A stretch of 64,000 nt of DNA from Mobula birostris (lineage: Eukaryota). This document shows, piece after piece, positions 11,340 to 25,232 of the stretch. The notes under the pieces are model-generated. The model saw only the letters and a program-made list of their open reading frames with translations. It was not told where the DNA came from and made no database searches. Where the stretch lies: NCBI RefSeq assembly GCF_030028105.1, contig NC_092384.1, positions 3,143,665 to 3,207,664 of the forward strand, written 5' to 3'. A program made the translations under genes and the position numbers. The number at the start of each line of letters is the position of its first letter. Within the stretch, counting starts at the first letter, position 1.

Positions 11340-13065
11340 TAGTGTTTTGGCCTTGGTTGAGATAAGGAGCCAATTGCTCAGCTTAGGAATTTTCTGTTAG
11401 CCAATCGGGTGTTTGATAATGTGCTGTAACGTTCTGTCCAGTGGGATGACATGGAACATTCGAGAGAGTTGGGCGGAATCAGATTTCTGTTGGCAGGGTT
11501 TGGTAGACGAAGGTGGTTCAGAATGGAGCAAGGGAAGTGCCCATCGTTCTGAGTTAGCCAGTTCTTTCTAAATGGTCCTCGAGGGAAGTTCGAACTGTGG
11601 GTGGTGTCTTTCATGCAGAGCGTCTATTCAGAGCGTGACTAATCCAGGCGAAGCAACCGACAAGTTCAGAAATGAGCTCCAACATTCATGTGTACGGTTA
11701 GACTTGTTTAAACGTACTGGGATCTTTTCCGTTTTCCCTTATTAACTGTCTGTTAAAACTAAAATATCTGTAAGTATACTTCCAGTTTTAATCTTATGCT
11801 GGTGTACTGTCTGTTACTTTCTGGCCAATGAAAACTCTGTTTGGGACAGCACTTACTCAGCATTCACTTCGATTTCAGTTCTCTCAGTTGAATATTCCAA
11901 CTTGCCTGTTTGGTTGAACTCGAATCATATTGACTTTTGACATGACTGTTGAAGGTGGCTGTCGCACCATTGCCCATGCATTGCTGAGCCATGTTGTTAG
12001 CCAAAGTTAGCTATCGAGCCAAGTTTGTTATGAGCCAAGCTGAGAGAGGTATATTTTCATCCGGAGTTAGAATGCTGTATGAGTGTTGTATAAGGTTTGA
12101 TTAAGTAGCTTATTTCTGTGTTTCAGGCAGTGTTTCGTTTAAAGTGAGGGATATTATTATGGACGCTGCAGGGATTAAGGTCGGGTGTGATACAACTACT
12201 AGTGACGTAACTGACGGGGTCGGGGTACCTGGAGAGTCGGAGCCATGGCCAGTCATATCTCTGGTGTTGGAGAAAACGTAGCTGAGGGTGAAGATTTTAA
12301 AGGAATTTGTTCTCTTTTCTGTGGAGTTAGGAGAAGACTTTGATGTGAAAGTCTAAAAGATCTGTTGGTTGAAGTTCTGAGCTGGTGTAGCCTATCGCAT
12401 CACTGGTTGAGAAATGCCAAAGTGTACCTATGGAATGTCCAAGTTATCATAGGCTGAGAGTGTTCTCTGGAGTTAAATCCACATCCACTGGGAAAGACAA
12501 ATATGAGGCTTGGGTTGAGCAGACATCGCTGTCGCTGGATTAATGGCAGTGGTCAGATAACATGAAAGAAACAGAGACTGGTGAATAATTTAAAGGGTCC
12601 GGCGGCTGATATAGGGAAATTCCTAAAGGCAGAAAATCCGTAAGCCATGCCAGGTAAGGAGCATTTATTTTGAGGAGGAATATTGTGTAAGCCAAATGAG
12701 TTTGCCTGATAATGTGTTGTAGCATTCACCTCAGTGGGATGCCTTGGGACATTCAAGAGGGCTGGGTAGATCAGATTTCTGGTGGACAGTAGGCTGGTTT
12801 TAGGTCTTTAGTTGGCAGGAGTTAGAAGTGGAAGGTAGTTCGGAATGTAGCACAAGGAAGCTGCTCGCAGAATCCCGCCATTGTAAAAGGTGTTTTGTGC
12901 AGATGAATGGTTCCAAGAAGGTAGTGCCAATACTCCTGCGTTAGCCAGTCGGTGCAAAATGGTCTTGGTGGGAAGTTCGAACTCTGTCTGGTGTCTTTCA
13001 CACGGAATGTGTCACCAGCGAGTGACTAATCAAAACAAAGCATCCGACTACTTCAGAAATGAGCA
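11340..13065 (+). mobile_element. Internally deleted Ty3/Gypsy LTR retrotransposon with PNMA-like gag remnant (copy A)
   Basis: LTR-like block at 11.35-11.9 kb is partly repeated at 12.69-13.07 kb (gaagttcgaact, gtgactaatc, ttcagaaatgagc). Between them, about 12450-12650 reads YHRLRVFSGVKSTSTGKDKYEAWVEQ...WQWSD, a PNMA/Gypsy capsid motif. Confidence 0.75.
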
Positions 13066-13244
13066 CCCTCAGCCTAATCACCGGACAATTTACGATGACT
13101 AATTATACTACGTCTTTGTAATGTTGGGTGAAACTGCAGCACCTGGATGGAAACCACACCGTTATGGGGAAAATGTACAGACTCGTTACAATCAGCGGCA
13201 GGAATTGAACTGCTCTGCTAACCACAATGCTACCGTGTCGTCCC
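13066..13244 (-). mobile_element. tRNA-derived V-SINE/HE1-like SINE, 3' part lost by deletion
   Basis: Minus strand begins gggacgacacggtagcattgtggttagc, an A-box-like tRNA head. The fuller paralog is at 59358-59606. Confidence 0.7.
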
Positions 13245-13479
13245 ATCACGCGTTCAATACTCAATGTCGCCATTACGGGGGCTTATCATACACCAGAAGC
13301 TTAAATCGTTCAGATGTACAAATACTGTAGCTACAAGAAATAACAAGAACTCAGGCTATGAGTGTACGGGAGGGTTCCACTCCAACAACTGTGAATTATA
13401 GTCAGATACACAACACATCTTCTCTTCTTATCTTAAGTAACAGCAATTCAGCAATGCAGCAAAGACGACGCTTTAATTC

Positions 13480-13995
13480 CGCTTTCTTTTCCCATTCCCA
13501 CATATCAGTCCATGGCCTCCTCTACTGCCACGATGAGGTCACAGTCAGTTAAAGGAACAACACTTTATATTCACCTGGTTAACCTTGAATCTGATGGCAT
13601 GAACATCGATTTCTCGAACTTTGTAATGCCCCCGCAACCAAATCTCCACTACCATTTCCCATTCCTAATTCCCATATTCCGTGCCCCTGCTTACTTTTTC
13701 ATTACTTCGCTCGGGTGCTGTTCTGCTCCCCATTCTTCCATGGGCTTTTGCCCTCACCTATCAGATTACACTTTCTCTATCCCTTTATCCTTTATGCCTG
13801 ACTTCCCAGCTCTTTACTTCCCCCGTCCCCCCTGCCCTGTTTCACTTATCACCTTGTATTTATTCCTCCCCTCCCCCACCTTCATACTCTGACTTCTCAT
13901 CTTCTTTTCTTTAGTCCATGTAAAGGGTCTTGGACCGAAACGTTGACTGCTTACTCTTTTCCATAGATGCTGCCTGGCCAGCATTTTGTGTGTGT
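13480..13995 (+). mobile_element. Penelope-like element 3' remnant
   Basis: Similar to 56500-57046 (ggcctcctctactg...gaacatcgatttctc...cgaaacgttgactg...gatgctgcctggcc). Confidence 0.75.
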
Positions 13996-14074
13996 TGTCT
14001 GCTATAAGATGCATCACTCTTCTCGCAAAATATCTATTCTCTTTCCCATTGGTAATTTAGTTGTTCACACCATA

Positions 14075-14310
14075 TGAGACCATAAGATATAAGAGCAGAA
14101 TTAAGCTATTTGGTCCATCGAATCTGCTCCTCCATTTCAGCATGGCTAATTCAATTTTCCTCTCAGCCTTAATCTGTTGCCTTCTCCTCCTATCCCATCA
14201 TGCCCTGACAAATCAAGAATTTATCAGCCTCTTCCTTGAATATACATAAAGAGTTGACCCCCACAGCTGCCTGCGGCGAAAATTTCTACATATTCACCAC
14301 ACTCTGTCTA
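14075..14310 (-). mobile_element. CR1 3' end fragment
   Basis: ccataagatataagagcagaatta tail type, as at 28895. Confidence 0.65.
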
Positions 14311-14669
14311 AAGGAAGTTTGCAGAGGTTATTAAAGAAAGAATGTTCACATATTATAACATGTATAGAGATTATTAACCAAAGAATATGGAATGCGCCTC
14401 GCAACATCAATCATATTGTAAAGGAGGGACGGACGACATACAGGGACACATACCACATGTTGTTCCGTCTCCAAGTTACGCCATATGATTACTTAGAGTT
14501 GTGCTCATTCTTAGCTGGGTAGAATTGCTTGCATGTTTCATATTGCAGCACTACGGTAGTACATTCAATGGACTTACGTGCATTTCTAAAAAGACATTCC
14601 TATCAGCTTGTCGTTAATAGGCATGAGGTATAGCAGTAAATTAAATAGTTTTCTTAATGGGTGACAACG

Positions 14670-15830
14670 AGGATTGATGAAGGTAGGGTGAAAAACAGGT
14701 GGTGAACATAGCTTTAGCAAAGCCTTTGACAGAAAGTTAGATCAGTTGGAGTCCAGTGTGTGGTAGAAAATTGGGTACAGAATTTCCTGGTGGTATGACT
14801 GAAAGATTGGCTGATGCAGGCTGTTTTTCAGATTGGAGGCCAACGACTAGTTGTGCGCCACGGGGAGTTACGCTGTGTCCATATTTGTTCGTTCATCAAC
14901 GTTTACAATTTGCTTGAGAATGATGTTAACATCGTTAGTAAGTTTGCGGATGACATCAAAATTGATTGTGTCGTGTGCAACGAAGAAACTTATTTAAGAT
15001 TGCAGCTGCATCTCGAACAAATAGGAATGCGGGCCAAACAAAATCTCAGATGGATCTTAACTCAGAGAAGTCCAAAGTATAAGTTTAACGCGGGCAGGAC
15101 GCATGCCGTCATTGCAAGACTCCGGAGAGTGTTAAGAAGCAGAGAGGTATGGGAGTATAACGACATAGCACCTTGAAAATGGAGATAGAGGTTAACAATG
15201 TGGCCAAAGAGCCATTTGTCATGCTTACTTCCATTAGTCAAGACATTGAGTAAAAGAGCTGGGATGTTACATTCCAACTATACTGGATGTTGGTAAAACT
15301 ATGCTTGGAGAACTGCGTGTACTTATTGCCACCAAGTTATTGGAAGGACACCTTTAAGCTTAAAGGGATCCAGAAAAAATGTCCAAGAACGTTAACAAGA
15401 CTGGAGGGCTTAACGTATCCGGAAAGACTGGATAGTTTGCGGTTTCCTTTCCAATGGTACGTGCGAGACTGAGAAGACACCATATAGAGATATGTAAAAT
15501 CACAAGGGAGAAGATAGGTGAATGATCAATCTCTTTCTGAGGGTGGTGAAGTCTAAAATTATAGGAAATTAGAGGAAGGTATAATAAAGTTTACGTGTTG
15601 CATGATTTTCAAACAAGTGGTGGTAAATAAATGCAACGAAATACCAGAGGAAATCATAGAGCCAGGGCAATTAGAATATTTCTCTGGAATCTAGACAGCT
15701 TCACTGTGAAGAAAAGTTTAAAATAGTATGGGTCAAGATATGAGAATTGCATAATCTCTCATTGGCCATTTGGAAGGCGTAGACGATTGGGCCGAAGGAA
15801 TTGTTTCTGTGATGTGTGACGCTGCCATTT
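14670..15830 (+). mobile_element. Old degenerate CR1 RT-to-3' fragment
   Basis: Translates in pieces to FSKAFD, SKFADDIKI and VKLCLENCV...YWKD. Paralog at 61040-62200. Confidence 0.8.
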
Positions 15831-16349
15831 TATGACTTTATTAGACACACATTTTGTTCAAAGCACTGAAAATTAAATGAAACATCTATTTTGTTGCCCC
15901 GTGTCTATGCTTCCACATCTGATAAACAACTGCATTTCCGGAAAGGTTTTGGGCATGCTACGCTGAGTTGCGCCAGGAATGTAAGTAATGCCGAGATCTT
16001 ACCCAGCTCCCTCTGACGAGCCTATTTTTTCCACTGAGCAAATTCAGTGGTTAATATATATCTTTATGCTCATCACAACGTCGCATTTCTTGGTGAACAG
16101 AACTATCATACTTCAAATACACCAGCACAGTTCACCTAGAAAATTTACATTGTAATTCACTGCGTAAGAATTATAATTACCAACCACTTACGGTATTTCC
16201 ATTTGTATTAATTTACCCAATGCGCGATGATGAAGAAAGGCGAAGATCTGCTTCTTACTCGTAAACGGCTATTCTCGAATAAAACATAAGCAACACATTT
16301 CATAATAGCAATAACCATATCAGAGTTAAGGGAAATGTCAGATATTCGA

Positions 16350-16800
16350 CATTGGAATGTTGCCAGGACTTGAGAAACTCAATTACAGAGAAAGGTTGAA
16401 TAGGTTAGGACTTTATTCCCTGGAGCGTAGAAGAATGAGTGGAGATTTGATAGAGGTATATAAAATTATGATGGGTATAGATAGAGTGAATACAAGCAGG
16501 CTTTTTCCACTGAGGCAAGGGGAGAAAAAAACAGAGGACGTGGGTTAAGTGTGAGGGGGGGAAAGTTTAAAGGGTAAATTAGGGGGCGCTTCTTCACACA
16601 GAGAGTGGTGGGAGTATGGAATGAGCTGCCAGACAAGGTGGTAAATGCGGGTTCTTGGACAGATACATGGCTGGGAGGTGTATGGAGGGATATGGTCCGT
16701 GTGCAGGTCAGTGGGACTAAGCAGAAAATGGTTCGGTACAGACAAGAAGGGCTAGAAGGCCTGTTTCTGTGCTGTAGTTTTTCGATAGTTTCTATGGTTT
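16350..16800 (+). mobile_element. CR1 3' fragment at the end of duplication copy A
   Basis: MLPGLEKLNYRERLNRLGLYSLERRRMSGDLIEVYKI, followed by a ttctatgg tail. Confidence 0.88.
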
Positions 16801-17310
16801 ATCCGTATTATATATTTGTTTTTATTTTTAATCATGTTCGTCTATAGTATGTTCCTACATGCCAATGTTTGAGGGGTTGCAACATGGCAGGAACTCACAT
16901 ATTACATATTGGTTTTATTACAGCAGACTCAGGCAACTGCGTTGTTTTGCAGAATTACAGAATGTAAATATTGAAGGGAACTGAAGATACTGCAAGTCTA
17001 CCCCATCAGCGAGCTGTTCGTTCGCCAAGGAGCTGAAGGAACTGGATTCCGTGCAGACCGCGTTGTTGCTTGCTATAGGAAGGCACTGGGGTCACTGTGT
17101 GAAGGCAACGCGCACTCTAACTACGAGTAATTGTGTTGAATGCTTCTCCTCCGATCATAAGACCCTGTTTGACAATGATAATATAAAATGCTGCAAAGTC
17201 CGCTTCCCTGTTTGTTCCATTGACAGACGCAGGGCGATTTGAAGGCCTCCGTTATAGCGAGGACAAGGACTCAAACCATGGGCTTGCCTGTTGCAGCAGT
17301 CCAGGAAAGG

Positions 17311-20300
17311 AGACATAGAAACATAGAAACATAGAAAATAGGTGCAGGAGTAGGCCATTCGGCCCCTCGAGCCTGCACCGCCATTCAGTATGATCACGGC
17401 TGATCATCCAACTCAGAACCCTGCACCTGCCTTCCCTCTATATCCCCTGATGCCTTTAGCCCCAAGGGCCCTATCTAACTCCCTCTTAAATATAGCCACT
17501 GAACTGGCCTCAACTGTGTCCTGTGGCAGAGAATTCCACAGATTCACTACTCTCTGTGTGAAGAAGTTTTTCCTAATTTCAGTCCTAAAAGGGATCCCCT
17601 TTATCCTCAAACTGTGACCCCTCGTTCTGGTCTTCCCCAACATCGGGAACGATCTTCCTGCATCTAGCCTGTCCAATCCCTTTAGGATTTTATACGTTTC
17701 AATCAGATCCCCTCTCAATCTTCTAAATTCCAACGAGTATAAGCCTAGTTCATCCAGTCTTTCATCATATGAAATTCCTGCCATCCCAGGAATCAATCTG
17801 GTGAACCTTCTTTGTACTCCCTCTATGGCAAGGATGTCTTTCCTCAGATTAGGAGACCAAAACTGCACACAATACTCCAGGTGTGATTTCACCAAGATCT
17901 TGTACAACTGCAGTAGTACCTCCCTGCTCCTGTACTCGAATCCTCTTGCTATGAATGCCCGCATACCATTCGCCTTTTTCACCGCCTGCTGTACCTGCAT
18001 ACTCGCTTTCAATGACTGGTGTATAATGACACCCAGATCTCGTTGCACCACCCCTTTTCCTAATCGGCCACCATTCAGATAATAATCTGTTTTCCTGTTT
18101 TTGCCACCAAAGTGGATAAAAAGCATTTATCCACATTTAATTGCACCTGCCATGAATTTGCCCACTCACATAACCTATCCAAGTCACCCTGCATCCTCTT
18201 AGCATCCTCCTCACAGCTAACACCGCCGCCCAGCTTCGTGTCATCCGCAAACTTGGAGATGCTGCATTTAATTCCCTCATCCAAGTCATTAATATATATT
18301 GTAAACAACTGGGGTCCCAGCACTGAGCCTTGCGGTACCCCATTAGTCACTGCCTGCCATTCTGTAAAGGTCCCGTTTATTCCCACTCTTTGCTTCCTGT
18401 CTGCCAACCAATTCTCTATCCACACTCTACTAGTTACATCCTCAAAAAATTCTATGAGATTCGTCAGAGATGATTTTCCTTTCACAAATCCATGCTGACT
18501 TTGTCCGATGATTTCACCGCTTTCCAAATGTGCTGTTATCACATCCTTGATAACTGACTCTAGCAGTTTCCTCACCACCGATGTTAGGCTAACCGATCTA
18601 TAATTCCCTGGTTTCTCTCTGCCTCCTTTTCCAAAAAGTGGGGTTACATTAGCCACCCTCCAATCCTCAGGAACTAGTCCAGAATCTAAAGAGTTTTGAA
18701 AAATTATCACTAATGCATCCACTATTTCTTGGGCTACTTCCTTAAGCACCCTGGGATGCAGACCATCTGGCCCTGGGGATTTATCCGCCTTTAATCCCCT
18801 CAATTTACCTAACACCAGTTCCCTACTAACATGTATTTCCCTCAGTTCCTCCATCTCACTGGACCCTCTGTCCGCTACTATTTCTGGGAGATTATTTATG
18901 TCCTTCTTAGTGACGACAGAACCGAAGTAATTATTCAATTGGTCTGCCATGTTCTTCCTCTCCATAATCAATTCACCTGTTTCTGTCTGTAGGGGGCCTA
19001 CATTTGTCTTAACCAATCTTTTTCTTTTCACATATCTATAAAAGATTTTACAGTCAGTTTTTATGTTCCCTGCCAGTTTTCTCTCATAATCTTTTTTCCC
19101 CTTCCTAATTAAGCCCTTTGTCCTCTTCTGCTAGACTCTGAGTTTCTCCCAGTCCTCAGGTGACCCACTTTTTCTGGCTAATTTGTATGCTTCTTCTTTG
19201 GAATTGATACTATCCCTAATTTCTCTTGTTAGCCACGGGTGCACTACCTTCCTTGATTTATTCTTTTGTCAAACTGGGATGAACAATTGTTGTAGTTCAT
19301 CCATGCAATCTGTAAATGCTTGCCATTCCATATCCACCGTCAACCCTTTAAGTGTCATTTGCCAGTCTATCTTAGCTAATTCACGTCTCATACCTTCAAA
19401 GTTACCCTTCTTTAAGTTCAGAACCTTTGTTTCTGAATTAACTATGTCATTCTCCATCTTAATGAAGAATTCTCCCATATTATGGTCACTCTTACCCAAG
19501 GGGCCTCTCAAGACAAGATTGCTAATTAACCCTTCCTCATTGCTCAATACCCAGTCTAGAATAGCCTCCTCTCTAGTTGGTTCCTCGGCATGTTGTTTCA
19601 AAAAAACATCTCGCATACATTCCAAGAAATCCTCTTCCTCAGCACCCTTACCAATTTGGTTCACCCAATCTACATGTAGATTGAAGTCACTCATTATAAC
19701 CGCTGTTCCTTTATTACACACATTTCTAATTTCCTGTTTAATATCATCCCCAACCTCACTACTACTGTTAGATGGCCTGTACACAACTCCCACCAGCGTT
19801 TTCTGCCCCTTGGTGTTATGCAGCTCTACCCATATCGATTCCACATCCTCCCGGCTATGTCCTTCCTTTCTATTGCGTTAATCTCCTCTCTAACCAGCAA
19901 CGCCACCCCGCCTCCTTTTCTTTCATGTCTATCCCTCCTGAATATTGAATATCCCTGAATATTGAGCTCCCATCCTTGGTCACCCTGAAGCCATGTCTCT
20001 GTGATCCCAACTATATGATATTCATTAATAACAATCTGCACTTTTAATTCATCCACCTTGTTACGAATGCTCCTTGTATTGACACACAAAGCCTTCAGGC
20101 GCGCTTTTACAACTCTCTTAGCCCTTATACAATTATGTTGAAAAGTGGCCCTTTTTGATGCTTGCCCTGGATTTGCCGGCCTGCCACTTTTACTTTTCAC
20201 CTTACTACTTTTTGCTTCTACCCTCATTTTACACCCCTCTGTCTCTCTGCACTGGTTCCCACCCCCCTGTTGTGAACTAACCTCCTCTCGCCTAGCCTCT

Positions 20301-21200
20301 TTAATTTGATTCCCACGCGCCAACCATTCTAGTTTAAAGTCACCTCAGTAGCCCTCGCTAATCTCCCCGCCAGGATATTGGTCCCCCTAGGATTCAAGTG
20401 TAACCCATCCTTTTTGTACAGGTCACGCCTGCGCCAAAAGTGGTCCCAATGATCCAAAAACTTGAATCCCTGACCCCTGCTCCAATCCCTCAGCAACGTA
20501 TTTATCCTCCACCTCATCGCATTCCTACTCTCACTGTCGCGTGGCACAGGCAGTAATCCCGAGATTACTACCTTTGCGGTCCTTTTTCTCAACTCCCTTC
20601 CTAGCTCCCTATATTCTCCTTTCAGGACCTCTTCCTTTTTCCTACCTATGTCATTGGTACCTATATGTACCACGACCTCTGGCTCCTCACCCTCCCACTT
20701 CAGGATATCTTGGACACGATCAGAAATATCCCGGACCCTGGCACCAGGGAGGCAAACTACCATCCGGGTCTCTGGACTGCGTCCACAGAATCGCCTATCT
20801 GACCCCCTTACTATCGAGTCCCCTATCACAACTGCCCTCCTCTTCCTTTCCCTACCCTTCTGACTACAGGGCCGGACTCTGTGCCGGAGGCACGGCCACT
20901 GTCGCTTCCCCCAGGTAAGCTGTCCCCCGCAAGAGTACTCAGACAGGAGTACCTATTGTCAAGGAGCACAGCCACCGGGGTACTGTCTATTACCTGACTC
21001 TTCCCCCCCTCCTAACCGTGACCCACTGGTCTGCCTCCCGTGGCCCCGGTGTGATCACCTGCCTGTAACTCCTCTCTATCAACTCCTCACTCTCCCTGAC
21101 CTTACGAAGGTCATTGAGCTGCAGCTCCAGTTCCCTAACGCGGTCCCTTAGGAGCTGCATCTCGGCGCACCTGGCGCGGATGTGGACGTCCGGGAGACTT
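17311..21200 (-). mobile_element. Near full-length, relatively young CR1 LINE with an internal RT deletion
   Basis: (ATAGAAAC)n tail at 17311. ORF1 SGNH domain (GDSIVRG, HIGTND) at 20329-20829. Long ORF2 frames give ETWL, PQGSVLG and KFADD. The RT jumps from FFEDVTSRV to WIENWL near 18425. Confidence 0.93.
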
Positions 21201-23489
21201 GGAGACGGCGGAGGCGTTGCAGCGTAGCTTCCATGCTGGGTCGAGGGCTGCCCCTACCGTTTGTGCTGCCCTGTATTATTCGATCAGTAGGATGACAATG
21301 GAGAATAGACAATAGGTGCAGGAGTAGGCCGTTCAGCCCTTCAAGCCAGCATCACCATTCACGGTGATCATGGCTGGTCCTCCTCAGTCAGTACCCTTTT
21401 CCTGCCTTCTCCCCATTTCCCTTCACTCCGCTATCTTTAAGAGGTCTATCTAAGACAAGCTCGGCTGTGTGCGTACATGCTTGTGCGTGTACATTTGTCT
21501 GTTGAGAAAAGCATGTTCTTGCCGACAGCACACATGCATCATCAGTTTACAGGGCATGTCACTCAGGGACTTGGGCTATGTTATATTTTTTTAGTGTGAG
21601 TATTTATGTGTGTTACATGTGCCCTGTGCTGTGTTTTACTATTGATGTTGTGTCTTGGTCCCGGAGTAATGCTGTTTCGTTTGGCTGTACTGGTGGGTTT
21701 TTATGTGTGATTGAATGATAATTAAGCTTGAACTTGAAAAGACTAAGATCCATTTTAGTCATAACCGATTGTGTGGGTACATTGCAAATCGGAAAGTAGA
21801 GCAGGATTAAATAAACAGTTGAAAGAACAAACAATCTAAAACTTTTTGCGAAGAAGTACTTCAGTATGTATATTGTATACATTTCACTGACATAAAGTAT
21901 CCATTTGAAATCTGTGAAACAGCACATCCCCACCGTATCTGGGCAGGCGAGTGACAGCTGTACTCAGCTGGTGCAGCCGATTAGTTTGAGTCCGTCTTAG
22001 AAATTTACTGTAGCATCATTTTCTGTAGCCTCCTGAAATAAACCCTGCACAGTTATGTGATCGCACCACTGTACCGCCCGCTGCAAAATAGGGAATTTAT
22101 TTATTTGTTTATGGATCAATTTGGTTGACATTAAACAGAATTTTCTTTAATCAAACAGTACTATATAGATCACTGGGCATGAATGATCTGCACCATTAGG
22201 TATGTCGAGCATAATGTTCCCGTTAGGGTTTGTTTATTGGTGCTTCTCGGTAGCTGTAGAGGCCGATCCGGAATTCACTTATTCTGGTGCAATGTGGGCA
22301 AGATTGAGTGGTGTGGTGTTTGTGGGGTTGGTGGTTGGGATTTTGGTTGTTCAGTTTATTCTTTGGCAGCTGCGATGAGGTGGTGCTAGCATTTAACACA
22401 ACCACCTACACACACACACACACACACACTTTGCAAATTAATGACTTCTTTCTTGCCTGTAGCAGGGACGATGGCCTCAAAATAAGGAGACAACATTTAA
22501 GAACTGAGTTTACAAGGATTCTTTTTACTGATGAGAGTATTCTTAAGAGTCTCCAACCTTGCGATGTAGCGGAGGAGATTTAATCGCTGAATGTTTTTAA
22601 CGATTTGATGGATAGGTATTTAGACACAGTGGCATCAGAGGATGCAGTGACTCCACAGGATAATTGGTTTTGTGTGTCTCATATGGCCGTGGGCCAGAAT
22701 GACGTCCTATTTCTGTCCCCTTTCCTTCTCCTTCTCACAGTACAGCCATTCTTGCATCAGCTGTTTCAGAATCCTGATGAATAGTTAGCTGAAATACTGT
22801 CACCTTACAAAATGTTCAGCATAATATTAACGTTTTGTGCACACCGCGTGTACACCGATTACTCTAGTTATTTATAGTACCTGAAATAGGTATTTCTTCG
22901 GAAGTAAGTCTGAAAGTACTTCTAAAATAAAACAAAAAATCCAGATGTTTTTTTCCTCTGGCTAGGACGAATGTGAAAATATCTGGCTACTGATAATAGT
23001 GATCACTGTTTTTAGGGTCTTGCTGCCTGACCACATGTGCAGGTAGAGTAAGATTTATTATTTCCTAAGATACTTCTAAATCTTTGCAGTGTTTTTGAAA
23101 GACTACTGTTTGCAGAACGAGCTCTATAAATGCATTTAATTTTGGTTCTCTCTTGTCTGAATAATTTATTTAAATTTTGCTTTACAGTTCCCTAAAATGT
23201 AAGCACAGATTTGAAAGGAACACAGATTTATACAGCATAACGGTAATTACACTGCATCCGCTTGTTCTTAAAGAATGCAAAATAGAAGGCTACAAACCAC
23301 GTGGTGAGAGATGGAAAAAGTGTGGAGAGGTCGGCATAGATGAGTTGGGCCGAATAGCTTGTTTCTGCACTGCACGATTATAAGTTTCAGTGTAGACAGG
23401 GAGTGCAGTCTGCCAGTATGTGTCATAGAGTTATATCACAAAGAAGAGAAAATTTTCAGGTGCTAGAAATCCAAGCAAAACACACGAAA

Positions 23490-24200
23490 TTGTTCTGGAG
23501 CATGTTGATATTAAGGGAGAGGAGGTGTTGGAGTTGTTAAAATACATTAGGACGGTTAAGTCCCCAGGGTCTGGCGGAATATTCCCCAGGCTGCTCCATG
23601 AGCTGAGGGAAGAGATTGCTGAGCCTCTGGCTAGGATATTTATGTCCTCGTTGTCCAGAGAAATCGTACTGGAGGACTGGAGGGAGGCGAATGTTGTTCC
23701 CTTGTTCAAAAAAGTTAGTAGGGATAGTCCGGGTAATTATAGACCAGTGAGCCTTACGTCTGTGGTGGGAAAACTGTTGGAAAAGATTCTTAGAGATAGG
23801 AGCTATGGACATTTAGAGAATCGTGGTCTGATCAGCGACAGTCACCATGGCTATGTGAAGGGCAGATCGTGTCTCACAAGCCTGATAGAGTTCTTTGAGG
23901 AGGTGACCAGGCATACAGATGAGGGGAGTGCAGTGGATGTGATCTATATGGATTTTAGTAAGGCATTTGACAAGGTTCCACACGGTAGGCTTATTCAGAA
24001 CGTCAGAAGGCATGGGATCCAGGGAAGTTTGGCCAAGTGGCTTCCCTGCAGAAGGCAGAGGGTGGTGGTGTAGGGAGTACATTCAGATTGGAGGATTGTG
24101 ACTTGTGGTGTCCCACAAGGATGTGTTCTGGGCCCTCTACTTTTCGTGATTATTATTGACGACCTGGATGTTGGGGTAGAAGGGTGGTTTGGCAAGTTTG
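23490..24200 (+). mobile_element. CR1 ORF2 internal fragment
   Basis: ORF 23525-24073 contains EDWREANVVPLFKK...NYRPVSLTS...DFSKAFDKV. Confidence 0.9.
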
Positions 24201-24204
24201 ATAA

Positions 24205-24640
24205 TCGTTTCACTCCCTGAATCATCCTCTGAGCCCTCTCCAATGTTTCCTAAGACTAGGAGTTCAGAACTGTTCATTATACTGAAGGTGAGGCCTTATC
24301 AGTGCTGTATGAAGCCTCAACATCACATCCCTGCTCTGTTAGTCTAGACCTCTTGAAATGAATGTTAACATTGCATTTGCCCCCTCAGCACCGATTCAAC
24401 ATTTAGGTTAATATTTAGAGTGTTCTGCACAAGGACTCCCAAGTCCCATTACATCTCAGATTTCAGGATTTTCTCCCCGTTTATAAAATAATCTGTATAT
24501 TTATTTCTTCTACCAAAGTGCATGACCATGCAATTTCCAACACTGAATTTCATTTGCCACTTTCTTGCCCATTCTTCTAATCTGTCTGTCCTTCTGCAGC
24601 CTAACTGTTTCCTCAACGTTACCTGCCCCGTTTAGTTTCT
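24205..24640 (-). mobile_element. CR1 ORF2 C-terminal fragment in opposite orientation
   Basis: Resembles the reverse complement of a CR1 ORF2 C-terminus; similar to 30400-30780. Confidence 0.65.
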
Positions 24641-24794
24641 AACCAGTTTCTAAATATCCTCAGTATGAGTAACCTCCGTTTCCGATCCATCCAAACGTCT
24701 CACATTTCACCTGTGCTCACGCGTTTGCGATCCGATGACGAATTAACTGTTTACAGTTAGAAAACAGAGTATATGTATATTGAAAGACCACAAA

Positions 24795-25232
24795 AACATA
24801 GAAACATAGAAAATAGGTGCAGGAGTAGGCCATTCGGCTCCTCGGGCCCGCAACGCCATTCAGTATGATCATGGCTGATCACTCAACTCAGAACCCTGCA
24901 CCTGCACCTAGTTACATCCTCAAAAAATTCTATGAGATTCGTCAGACATGATTTTCCTTTCACAAATCCATGCTGACTTTGTCCGATGATTTCACCGCTT
25001 TCCAAATGTGCTGTTATGTCATCTTTGATAACCGACTCTAGCATTTTCCCCACCACCGATGTTAGGCTAACCAGTCTATAATTCCCTGGTTTCTCTCTCC
25101 CTCCATTTTTAAAAAGTGGGGTTACATTAGCCACCCTCCAATCCTTAGGAACTAGTCCAGAATATAAAGAGTTTTGAAAAAATATCACTAATGCGTCCGC
25201 TATTTCTTGGGCTACTTCCTTAAGCACTCTGG
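24795..25232 (-). mobile_element. Bipartite CR1 fragment (RT N-terminal piece fused to the last ~110 nt)
   Basis: Tail and 3' end nearly identical to 17311-17430, joined at about 24908 to sequence nearly identical to 18430-18760. Confidence 0.88.

Larger units (their letters stand above)
1..16348. repeat. Segmental duplication, copy A (paralogous to 37428-62714)
   Basis: Colinear matches: position 1 tgtgccttgttgaatggaac = 37428; V exon 1841 = 42498; CR1 ORF1 about 7.3 kb = about 47.9 kb; last match cagagttaagggaaatgt near 16340 = near 62700. Confidence 0.95.
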
